In this document: positions 8,784 to 18,134 of the stretch, one piece after another
Numbering within the stretch: the stretch's first letter is position 1
Layout of the letters: every line of letters begins with the position of its first letter
IMG/VR virus record: IMGVR_UViG_3300027007_000012
Coordinates: 1-64,000 of that record
Length of the DNA stretch: 64,000 nt
Reading direction: 5' to 3' (one strand)
Source of the DNA: a virus
Lineage: Duplodnaviria; Caudoviricetes
Notes under the pieces: model-generated
Databases searched by the model: none
What the model was told of the DNA's origin: nothing
The model's input: only the letters and a program-made list of their open reading frames with translations
Made by a program: the position numbers and the translations under genes

Positions 8784-11332
8784 AAGAACTGCTCATAACG
8801 CAGGTCGACTATACGAACCAGCCCGTTCGTGGAAAGACCGCCCCGGTCATGCACATCTTCGGCCGCGACGCCGAGAACAAAGTCAACCGCGTGGACGTGT
8901 ACGACCACCGGCCGTACTTCTACATCCCGCTGGAGGATACCACGGAGCCTGGCTTCGGGTCCGAGGAGATCGTCTCTGTCGAGCCTGGTTACACATCGAT
9001 CAGGGGGCGTGATCTCGCTCGCGTCTACACGCACACGCCCAGCGAGGTTGGGAAGATCAGAGACGACTACGAGCACTACGAGGCTGACGTCCTGTTCCCC
9101 AACCGGCTGATGATCGACTACGAGATCAAGGCCGGCATCAAAGTCCCCGACGAGGGTACACACCACACGTTCGAATCCCCCGACCAGCTCGAACCATGTG
9201 ACCCACCCGACGAGGCGTCCATACGCGTCCACCACGTGGACATAGAGGTCGAGGACCGACACGGCTTCCCAGAGGACGGCATCGAGCCCATCGTCTGCTT
9301 CACCACCTTCGACTCGTACGACGAATCGTATATCGTATGGTGGTGTAAGGAACACGACGACCAGGAACTCGACCCCGACCGCAAAGCAGACCTACTGGCT
9401 GATGAGGACGCCGGCGACGTCGAGCTCAGAACGTTCACTGACGAGCGCAGGATGCTCGACGCCTACCTCGAATACGTCGAGGAGACAGATCCCGACCTGT
9501 TCACGGCATGGAACATCGGGTTCGACATGCCGTACATCTGTGATCGCCTTGAACGCCTGAACGAGAAGTCCATCTGGAACCTCGACATCGAGCGCCTCTC
9601 GCGACTCGACGAGGTGTGGAGTGGTCGCGACTACCCGAACCTCAAAGGACGCGTCGTCTTCGACCTACTCCAGGCGTACAAGTTCACCCACTTCAGCGAG
9701 GAAGAATCCTACCGACTCGAAGCGATCGGCCAGAAAGTGGTCGGATTCGGCAAGGAGACATACGTCGGTAAGATCGGCGACCTGTGGGAAGAAGACCCCG
9801 ACCGACTCCTCGAATACTCGCTGAAAGACGTCGTCCTCACTGTCGAGATCGATAAGGAGACAGAGACGATCGACTTCATCGACTCGCTCCGCCAGTTCGT
9901 CGGCTCGCGAATAGAGGACTCGTCCGTCGCCAACGAGATCTGCGACATGTACGTCCTGCACAAGACGCACGGGCGGTTCGTCCTCCCGTCGAAAGGTGCA
10001 GGGAGCGATGGAGACTACGAGGGAGCGGCGGTGTTCCCACCGATCTCAGGCGTCGAGGAGAACGTAGTTGTAACTGATTTGAAATCTTTGTACCCGATGT
10101 GCATGGTGACGATGAACCTGTCGCCGGAGACGGGCGTCGACCCCGACGAGTACGACGGGGAGACGTACGTCGCGCCCAACGGGCTGCACTTCCGAAAAGA
10201 GCCGGACGGAATCATCCGAGAGATCGTCGACGAGCTCCTGTCCCGCCGCGATGAACTGAAAGCTGAGCGCAACACGCACGATCCCGAATCGGATTCGTAC
10301 AAGCGTCTCGACCGCCAGCAGGTAAGTGTCAAGGTTGTGATGAACTCGATCTACGGGGTGCTTGCTTGGGATAAGTTCCGGCTCTATGACAAAGACATGG
10401 GAGCCGCTGTAACGGCCACAGGACGCGGTGTTATTCAGTTTACCGAGGACGTGGTAAACGAACTTGATTACGAAGTGACATATGGAGATACCGATTCCGT
10501 TATGATAAGTTTAGGACATGAGGTCTCAAAATCACAAGCACTCGAAATCGGATTCGAGCTGGCCGAGACGATCAACGACCGATACGACGAGTTCGCCGCC
10601 ACCCTCAACGCTGACGACCACCGCTTCCAGATGGAGTTCGAGAAGCTCTACAAGCGGTACTTCCAGGCTGGCAAGAAAAAAAGATATGCCGGACATATAG
10701 TTTGGAAGGAAGGTAAGGACGTCGACGACATCGACATCACAGGCTTCGAGTACAAGCGGTCCGATACCCCACGCTTCGTGAAGGAGACGCAGAAGACCGT
10801 CCTCGACATGATCGTCCGGGGCGAGGAGACCGACGAGGTCCGGTCCTACGTGAAGGGCCGCATCGACGAGGTGAAAAGCGAAGACGTGCCGCTCGACGAG
10901 ATCGGTATACCGGGCGGGATCGGCAAGAAGCTCACGTCCTACAACCCGCCGGGCGTCCACGTGCGTGGGGCGATCTACGCCAACCTCCTACTCGGCAAGA
11001 ACTTCGGCAAGGGATCGAAGCCCAAGCGCATCTACCTCGAGCGCGTCCTCGAACGGTTCTACCACAAGATAGAGCGTCGGCGGAAGTGGGAGCTCGAACG
11101 CTCTGACTGGTATCGCCAGTTCAAGCAGGAGGTCGCGAGCGACGACGACACTGAGGGCGCGATCTGTATCGAGTACCCCGAGGACCTCCCGGAGGAGTTC
11201 ATCGTCGACTGGGACCGTCAGCTGGACAAGACCCTGCGCGGCCCCATCGAGCGCGTCACCGAGCCACTCGGCCTAACCTGGGACGAGATAGAGACAGGAC
11301 ACGAGCAGACCGGCCTGGGGGCGTTCTCGTGA
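8780..11332 (+). CDS. polB: Family B DNA polymerase
   Basis: Exo I DIE, Exo II WNIGFD, motif A DLKSLYP, motif B KVVMNSIYG, motif C YGDTDS; no intein seen. Confidence 0.97.
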   Translation: MKELLITQVDYTNQPVRGKTAPVMHIFGRDAENKVNRVDVYDHRPYFYIPLEDTTEPGFGSEEIVSVEPGYTSIRGRDLARVYTHTPSEVGKIRDDYEHYEADVLFPNRLMIDYEIKAGIKVPDEGTHHTFESPDQLEPCDPPDEASIRVHHVDIEVEDRHGFPEDGIEPIVCFTTFDSYDESYIVWWCKEHDDQELDPDRKADLLADEDAGDVELRTFTDERRMLDAYLEYVEETDPDLFTAWNIGFDMPYICDRLERLNEKSIWNLDIERLSRLDEVWSGRDYPNLKGRVVFDLLQAYKFTHFSEEESYRLEAIGQKVVGFGKETYVGKIGDLWEEDPDRLLEYSLKDVVLTVEIDKETETIDFIDSLRQFVGSRIEDSSVANEICDMYVLHKTHGRFVLPSKGAGSDGDYEGAAVFPPISGVEENVVVTDLKSLYPMCMVTMNLSPETGVDPDEYDGETYVAPNGLHFRKEPDGIIREIVDELLSRRDELKAERNTHDPESDSYKRLDRQQVSVKVVMNSIYGVLAWDKFRLYDKDMGAAVTATGRGVIQFTEDVVNELDYEVTYGDTDSVMISLGHEVSKSQALEIGFELAETINDRYDEFAATLNADDHRFQMEFEKLYKRYFQAGKKKRYAGHIVWKEGKDVDDIDITGFEYKRSDTPRFVKETQKTVLDMIVRGEETDEVRSYVKGRIDEVKSEDVPLDEIGIPGGIGKKLTSYNPPGVHVRGAIYANLLLGKNFGKGSKPKRIYLERVLERFYHKIERRRKWELERSDWYRQFKQEVASDDDTEGAICIEYPEDLPEEFIVDWDRQLDKTLRGPIERVTEPLGLTWDEIETGHEQTGLGAFS

Positions 11333-11711
11333 GTACAGAAAACCACCCCTGGATGCCACCAGCAGCGCCGGCGAACAACGTCGAAATGCACTTCATCCTC
11401 ACATGAACCCCCGAAAGACCTGCGAGAACTGTGGAACAGAGCTGGAACTGTCGATCGTCGAGGGAGAGTACGAACCACTCCGTGCGGTGGTCGAGTGTGA
11501 ATGCGACCGGGTCCCTGTCGGCGGGATATACCTCTGTTGCTCGTCAGTAGACTGGCCCAGTGGTTGATAACATTTCTGACAGATATCGAAACAAGGCGGT
11601 TTCTATGTGACGTTATACACGGCTATAGTAAGCCTATTAACTCCATTTTCTATATACTATTTGATACCATGGGAAAACTGGTATATTAGATATAGCGTCT
11701 GTATCATACTG

Positions 11712-12173
11712 ATGACAGACGTCTACAACAACTTCAAGGAGCTCCTATTCAACGGGGGCGTCGATTTGGACGGCGACACCATCAGAGCTGCACTCGTTAG
11801 CGACACACCGGCGTACACGCCTGACATCGACGGTGAAGCGTTCGTCAACGACGTACTTGACGGGGGCACGACCGCGAACGAGCTTAACGCGACGAACTAC
11901 GCTCGGAAGGACCTCTCGATCACCGTCACGCAAGACGACGCAGACGACGAGGGTGTCGCCGACGCGACTGACCTGACCTGGTCCTCGCTTGGTGGTGCGA
12001 CCAACGACACGATCGCCGGTGTTCTGATCTACAAAGAGGTCGGTGCTGACGATAGTACGCCCGGAGACGACCCTGTGATCGCCTACATCACGTCCTCGGA
12101 CTTCCCGCTCACGACGAACGGTGGGGACGTCACCGTCTCGTGGGCTGCTGAAGGCGTTCTCAACGTCGGGTAG
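11712..12173 (+). CDS. Putative virion/tail-associated beta-rich protein
   Basis: Begins MTDVYNNFKELLFNG; paralogous to the C-terminal domain of the next ORF. Confidence 0.7.
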   Translation: MTDVYNNFKELLFNGGVDLDGDTIRAALVSDTPAYTPDIDGEAFVNDVLDGGTTANELNATNYARKDLSITVTQDDADDEGVADATDLTWSSLGGATNDTIAGVLIYKEVGADDSTPGDDPVIAYITSSDFPLTTNGGDVTVSWAAEGVLNVG

Positions 12174-12214
12174 ACATCTCCTGTAGACCAGCAGCTGTGA
12201 CGATTGCGATCTAA

Positions 12215-13804
12215 ATGGCAACGTACTACGTGCGCGGCGACGGAGACAACACAAACGACGGCCTTAGCTCAGCGAACGCCTTCGCGAATTTCGACCCGGT
12301 TTCGTATTGGGGAGAGGACACGCTGGTTGAGGGCGACACGGTAATTGTCGAGGATTCCGGCGGCGAGATTATTCAGGATAGCAGCGCGGACTTTTTCGGT
12401 TGCACCGGATCTTCTGGTAGTCCGATTACGGTCAAGGCGGCTGACGGCGACACTCCGTCTATCGACGCGACCGGCGCGACGAACTGTTTCAAGATGGAGA
12501 ACACGGCGTATTTCGTCGTGGACGGGCTGGAAATGCACCACGCCACCAATGCGAACATTTGGATGGGTGGGGCGAACGAAAACACGTTCAAGAATCTCGA
12601 TCTACACCACGCGGGCACGGGGTCGACGTGGGGAAGTAACATGGAGATTCAGGCTGACTCGACGAACATTCTCGTTCAGGATTGTGTCGGGCACCACGGC
12701 GCGGCTGGGGGCAATTCGGACGGGTTCAGTCTCGACGGAACGGGCACGACGGCGACTTTCGAGCGGTGTGACGCCTATCTGAATGGCGACGACGGATTCG
12801 ACTTTTGGAACTCGGCACCGTCGACGGCCATCGACTGTCGGGCTTGGGGTAACGGCGAAGACCCGCTTGGAAACCAAGGAAACGGCGACGGGTTCAAGAT
12901 CGGCGGCGACGGGGCGGGCGGCGGTAACACGCTTGAGCGGTGTATTGCGTTCAACAATTCCGGCGATTCGGGGCGCGGATTCGACAATAACAACGCCGCT
13001 ACTGCGAATACCGTCCACAACTGCGTTGCATGGGGCAACGACGTTGGTTACAGGCACGTAAATTCGGGTATTTCGGTCGAGTACCGGAATTGTGTCGAGT
13101 ATCAGAACACGCAGGCGTTCGTGAATATGTCGTATGCGGACGACCAGTACAACACGTGGAATCTGAGCATCACTGACCCTGATTGGGCCGACGTTTCGCT
13201 CACTTCCGGGGACGACTACGAAGGGCCGGTGAACGATTCGACGTTCATGACGCTCAACTCGTCGTCCTCATGCATCGACGCTGGGACCGACGTCGGTCTC
13301 TCGTACAACGGGACGGCACCCGACGTGAACGCTTACGAGTACGAGGTGTCGGTCACCCAGGAAGACTCGCTGTACAATAACTTCAAAGAGTTGCTGTTCA
13401 ACGGTGAGATCGACCTGGACACTGACACGATACAGGTTGCTTTGATCTCCGACTCACCAGCCTACGGGCCGGATATCGACAACGAAGTGTACGTGTCGGA
13501 CGTCCTCGACGGCGGGACGACAGCGAGCGAGGTCAGTGGGACGGGATACAGCCGAGAGACCATCTCGCTGACCACGACTCAGGATAATGCGAACGATGTT
13601 GCTTACGTCGATACGGGGGACCTCACGTACTCTGGGATCGACGCCGGAACGATCGATGGCGTCCTGATCTACAAAGATGGACCCACCGACGATACGGACT
13701 CGCCGCTGATAGCCTATCTCACGTCGGACCAGTTCCCGCTGACTACGAACGGGGGAGACGTGACGATCCAGTGGGGGTCCAACGGAGTCATGTCCCTCAG
13801 CTAA
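12215..13804 (+). CDS. Right-handed beta-helix (PL9 pectate-lyase-like) adhesin/depolymerase with a C-terminal duplicated domain
   Basis: NSDGF, NGDDGFD, GNGDGFKIGG motifs; C-terminal ~143 aa repeat the upstream protein. Confidence 0.75.
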   Translation: MATYYVRGDGDNTNDGLSSANAFANFDPVSYWGEDTLVEGDTVIVEDSGGEIIQDSSADFFGCTGSSGSPITVKAADGDTPSIDATGATNCFKMENTAYFVVDGLEMHHATNANIWMGGANENTFKNLDLHHAGTGSTWGSNMEIQADSTNILVQDCVGHHGAAGGNSDGFSLDGTGTTATFERCDAYLNGDDGFDFWNSAPSTAIDCRAWGNGEDPLGNQGNGDGFKIGGDGAGGGNTLERCIAFNNSGDSGRGFDNNNAATANTVHNCVAWGNDVGYRHVNSGISVEYRNCVEYQNTQAFVNMSYADDQYNTWNLSITDPDWADVSLTSGDDYEGPVNDSTFMTLNSSSSCIDAGTDVGLSYNGTAPDVNAYEYEVSVTQEDSLYNNFKELLFNGEIDLDTDTIQVALISDSPAYGPDIDNEVYVSDVLDGGTTASEVSGTGYSRETISLTTTQDNANDVAYVDTGDLTYSGIDAGTIDGVLIYKDGPTDDTDSPLIAYLTSDQFPLTTNGGDVTIQWGSNGVMSLS

Positions 13805-13821
13805 CCGGCTGAGGAATAATC

Positions 13822-16800
13822 ATGGCCTGGGACACCCTCGATTCATTCGAAGACCAGTCACTCTCTGAGTACGACGTTGGATCGACAGCAGCGTACGACA
13901 TTGTCTCGACCCAGGCGACCGACGGTACGTACGCACTCGAAGGGACAGACGGGTCGTCGTGGGCGGACCTCATGTCCACGTCGGGGCCGGAATCCATCCC
14001 GCACGGATCGACCTTCCGCGTCGACGTGTGGATCACCGACTCGAACGACTGTGCGATCCTCCGCTTTGGTGCGGCCGATTCGGGCAACTGGATCGGTGCC
14101 GGGTACAACGGGAACAACGGTGGCTGGCAAATATCGCGTGCTCTGGGCGGCGGGTGGTCACAGATCGGTTCTGGTGGTTTCTCGCCACCACTGGGTGAGT
14201 GGATTACGTTCGAGGTCGAGTGGGGCGTAGCTTCTGATGACGACGTTGTCATCCGCGCGTTCGATTCCAGCGAAACAGAGCTTAGTAGCGCGAGCGCGAC
14301 CGCCCCAAGCGACCTTCGGTCGAACGATGGGTTCGGCGTCGAATACACCTACCAGTACAGCGGTACTGGTCCAGTCTACTTCGACAATATCCGCATCGAA
14401 ACGACAGCGGACGAGGCGACGGTTGATGTCGGGTCCCTCTCACTGAGTGCTGTCGAACCCACGGCGACGTTGGATGCGACCGTGCCTGTGAGCACACTCT
14501 CCGGGACTGTTTCTACACCGTCTGTTTCGGCAACGGTGGGGGCAACGAGTACGTCGGCCGACACTGGTGTCCTCGACGTACGTGCACAGGATGCAAGTGG
14601 TGACACCCCAGGAACAACTGTAATAGCCGACGTGGGAACGCTCGCGTCGACAGCCCAGGACGCAGCCGCCAGTCCCGGCGGATTCACAACCAGTGCTGAT
14701 GTCGCCTCGGTCACCAGTGTCGCACATGATGTAGCAGTTACTGCTGGATCGACGAGCGCCACAGCCGCTGCTGGTGGCATCGCAGTGTCGGGTGTCGACA
14801 CGTCTGGGTCGAGCGGGGTAGTTATCGCGACATCGACGGTTGGCGGGACGGTCACTGCACTTGACCCCACCACTGAAGGAGCGGTAACGGCGACTATGGA
14901 GGCCGCTCCAATCTCCGTCTCGGCACCGTCGCCGACGACTGGGACGGCCTCGTCGATATTGACACAGACGATCACGTCGTCGGTCACAGCGACCGATGTA
15001 AGTGCGACCGCAGGTGGGACGGTCACAGCAACAACTGACCAGGGGACCATCGCGGCAACAGCCCTCGAACCGGTGATCGCGACTGGCGATACACCAACGG
15101 TCGTGCATGTCGGCGCGATCACTCTCTCGGCGCCGTCTGTCACAGCGAGCACTGGCGGTGTGTCTGCTACGGCGGGTGTTGGTGAGATCTCGGTCACTGG
15201 GTCTGATGTTTCGACCGGCGGCACCCGGACGATCACCGCAGAAACCGCCACGCAGACTGTGACGGTGCCCTCCCCGGATGTAGTCTCCGGTGAGAACTCA
15301 CTGTCGGCTGATACCGGGTCGGTCAGTGTTTCGGCATACAGCCCGTCGGCGTCGGCCGGGGCAACGACAGCCACTGGAGAGGTAGCAAGTATCTCTGTGT
15401 CCGGAGTTGACCTTAGTGCCTCCTCCGGCGGGTCGATTGTCTATACCGGGACCAAGAGCGCGACTGTCACCGCCCAGGACCCAACGGTGTCTGTCGGAGG
15501 GGCCACGGCGACCACCGACATCGGGGCTCTCGCGGTCTCCATCCCAACGCCAGGAGTCGGAAGTGGCGTCATAGCTGCGACATCAACCCTGAGTGGGACT
15601 GTCGCCGCCCAGGACCCCACAGCCGCAGTTGGCGGCGCATCGGTGACGGCGGACACCGGAATCATGTCTGTATCGGCCCCCGAGCCAGGTGCTGGCTCTG
15701 GTATCATCGCGGCCACGTCAACCGTCTCCGGCACGGTCACCGCACAGGACCCAACGGCCACGGGCACTGGGGCGGTTACCGTCGGTGCAGAAGTCGGGAC
15801 GATAGCAGTTGCTGGACAGGGCGTCGATGCGACCCCCGGAGAGACCGCTGTGACGCCGATTGTCGCGACCATTTCCGCTTCTGCGCCGGACCCCGCTGCG
15901 ACCTCATCCACCACGATCTCGGCCGATGTGGGGACGGTCACGGTCACGCCCATCGACCCCTCGATCACCGTCTCGTCTACAATCGATGCAGACGAAGGTG
16001 TGCTGACGGTCACGGCCACTGATGTGACCACACTCCTGTCCGACTCGACTGTCCTCGATACAGGGACAATCACTGTCGCGGCCCCCGAACCGACAGCGTC
16101 GGCCGGTAGCGTCACTGGAGCTGGTGAGACCGGAACGGTCACTGTGGCGGCCCCAGGTCCAACCGCGATAGCCGGCCCAGCGTCTGCAACGACCGGGGCG
16201 GCGACGGTCACGACGGCCGCCCCCGATGTGACGGCCACTGGCGGTCCTACCACCAGTACGGCCGAAACTGCGACGCTCGCGACGACCGCCCCGAGCCCGA
16301 GCGCGGCGGTGGGATACACGGTTGGTGCGGAGACCGGGGCGTTAACGACGAGCGCGCATGACCCGGTCGCGTTCGGAGACCGTGTCGCATCGGCAACGGT
16401 TGGCGAGCTGGCCGCCAGCGCCGCCGACCCGACGATCACCGGCGTAACGACTGTCACCGTCGACGAGGGGACACTCGCATCCACCGCGCCGGACCCCTCG
16501 GCCGTTCCCGGCGGTGTCGCGGGCTCTGTTGAAGTGGGGACACTCGCGACAGCGGCACAGGACGCCGGCCTCGTCCTCGGGACGACGACGATCACAACCG
16601 AGTACGGCGCACTCGCGGTCAGTGGCCAGGATGTTGCAGCGGCACCAGGTGGCGTTTCATCCACCGCCGACGCGGGCACGATTACGGCGATTGCCCCTGA
16701 CGCCGCCCTCACCCCTGGTGTCACACCCGTGACCACCGAGGTGGGGACTCTCGCCACCACGGTGCTCGACCTGGATGCAGCCGGCGGCCCGACGACCGGC

Positions 16801-17574
16801 ACCGTTGAGACAGCCGAGCTCACTCTCACCGGCCTCGATACCGATGCACAGATCGGCGAACGACCGGTCGACATGGACGTCGGTGCCCTGACCGTTACCG
16901 GTCCAGGACCAGCCGCCCTCCCCGGAGTGATGAGTAACGAGGCCATCGTCGGCGCACTCACGACGGAAGTCGTCGAGCCAAGTGCATCGGCAACGTACAC
17001 CTCGACAGTCGATACCGGTGACCTCGCTGTCGAGAGTGTCGATCCCGGTGTACTCGCCACCAACACGGTTGGGATGGGACACGCGGACTTGATCGCGACA
17101 GCGCCAGCGGTTGGGATCGACCCTGGTGTAACGCTCGTCGACGTGAGTGAATCGATCATCGACGTCACCGGTTCTGAACTGGCGGCCATCCCCGGTGGCG
17201 TCGACCTGGTGATGACGGGCGGGGCGCTCACAACAACCGTCTCAGAGCCAGGTGTTCACGCAATCGCCACCCTCGGCGCAGACGTGGGGTCGCTTCAGAC
17301 GACCACCCTGAGTCCCGAGGGTATCGGCGGCCCGACGGGTGCAACGGCCGCAACGGCCACTGTCTCGACGAGCGCCCCCGGCGTCGGCTACATGGCGTGG
17401 GACCAGTTCCCCGGTGCGACGGCGGCTACAGTCACCGTCTCGACGCCGGTAATAGACATTCCCCAGGTCGACATTGAGAAAGAGATCCTCGACGGCGAGT
17501 GCGACCTGTACGCCGAGCTTGAGGGAGAGTTCGACCCGATCTACGAATACCTGGAAGGGAGGTACAACCCATAA
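13822..17574 (+). CDS. Large Thr/Ala/Val/Ser-rich repetitive fibre/adhesin with an N-terminal lectin-like domain
   Basis: 1250 aa; ~190-aa globular aromatic-rich N-terminus, then ~30-35-aa repeats (GTVTAQDPTA-like). Confidence 0.75.
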   Translation: MAWDTLDSFEDQSLSEYDVGSTAAYDIVSTQATDGTYALEGTDGSSWADLMSTSGPESIPHGSTFRVDVWITDSNDCAILRFGAADSGNWIGAGYNGNNGGWQISRALGGGWSQIGSGGFSPPLGEWITFEVEWGVASDDDVVIRAFDSSETELSSASATAPSDLRSNDGFGVEYTYQYSGTGPVYFDNIRIETTADEATVDVGSLSLSAVEPTATLDATVPVSTLSGTVSTPSVSATVGATSTSADTGVLDVRAQDASGDTPGTTVIADVGTLASTAQDAAASPGGFTTSADVASVTSVAHDVAVTAGSTSATAAAGGIAVSGVDTSGSSGVVIATSTVGGTVTALDPTTEGAVTATMEAAPISVSAPSPTTGTASSILTQTITSSVTATDVSATAGGTVTATTDQGTIAATALEPVIATGDTPTVVHVGAITLSAPSVTASTGGVSATAGVGEISVTGSDVSTGGTRTITAETATQTVTVPSPDVVSGENSLSADTGSVSVSAYSPSASAGATTATGEVASISVSGVDLSASSGGSIVYTGTKSATVTAQDPTVSVGGATATTDIGALAVSIPTPGVGSGVIAATSTLSGTVAAQDPTAAVGGASVTADTGIMSVSAPEPGAGSGIIAATSTVSGTVTAQDPTATGTGAVTVGAEVGTIAVAGQGVDATPGETAVTPIVATISASAPDPAATSSTTISADVGTVTVTPIDPSITVSSTIDADEGVLTVTATDVTTLLSDSTVLDTGTITVAAPEPTASAGSVTGAGETGTVTVAAPGPTAIAGPASATTGAATVTTAAPDVTATGGPTTSTAETATLATTAPSPSAAVGYTVGAETGALTTSAHDPVAFGDRVASATVGELAASAADPTITGVTTVTVDEGTLASTAPDPSAVPGGVAGSVEVGTLATAAQDAGLVLGTTTITTEYGALAVSGQDVAAAPGGVSSTADAGTITAIAPDAALTPGVTPVTTEVGTLATTVLDLDAAGGPTTGTVETAELTLTGLDTDAQIGERPVDMDVGALTVTGPGPAALPGVMSNEAIVGALTTEVVEPSASATYTSTVDTGDLAVESVDPGVLATNTVGMGHADLIATAPAVGIDPGVTLVDVSESIIDVTGSELAAIPGGVDLVMTGGALTTTVSEPGVHAIATLGADVGSLQTTTLSPEGIGGPTGATAATATVSTSAPGVGYMAWDQFPGATAATVTVSTPVIDIPQVDIEKEILDGECDLYAELEGEFDPIYEYLEGRYNP

Positions 17575-17909
17575 TGACCAAAGAAAACCAAGACTTCGAG
17601 TTGCACAACGGCGAGATCAAAATCCCCCAGTTCACCGTCGACAAACCAGACGGGTCGACGAAAGACCTCACCGGGTACAAGGCCCGGTGGATAGCGATCG
17701 ACCCCAAAGACGACGAGATCGTGATCGACTTGCATACGGACACGGATAACGACATCACGATCCCCAACCCTGCTGGTGGTATCGTCGAGGTCAGGGTAGA
17801 TCTGACTGGAAGCTCCGAGCTGTACAACTCGTACCGTCACGAGCTCTACGTGATCGACACCTCCGGGGAGCCATCAGTCGTCGCTACGGGAGAAATGTTC
17901 GTGAAATAA
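17574..17909 (+). CDS. BppU-N-like Ig-fold tail/baseplate-associated protein
   Basis: DLTGY ... ITIPNPAGGIVEV ... YRHELYVID pattern; coupled to the fibre gene. Confidence 0.55.
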   Translation: MTKENQDFELHNGEIKIPQFTVDKPDGSTKDLTGYKARWIAIDPKDDEIVIDLHTDTDNDITIPNPAGGIVEVRVDLTGSSELYNSYRHELYVIDTSGEPSVVATGEMFVK

Positions 17910-18134
17910 CATCACCCCAGACGGTAGCCGACTTGTTCTCACACGGACCCTCTCGGCCGGTAACGGCCCGATACACACGGATTCACCCTGACCACATCGA
18001 TGCCACCAGCAGCGCCTGATAACCTAAGCTATCAGAATATTTAATACTGTTTAACGTATATCAAAGAATACACATACGGGAACGAAGTGTCGGATAGAAC
18101 AGCTTCCCGTGTATGGTTCGCACAATAGAGACAT

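Noticed and set aside
15441-17231. Long minus-strand ORF (596 aa)
   Set aside because: Shadow of the low-complexity fibre gene; GC-rich codon bias suppresses antisense stops
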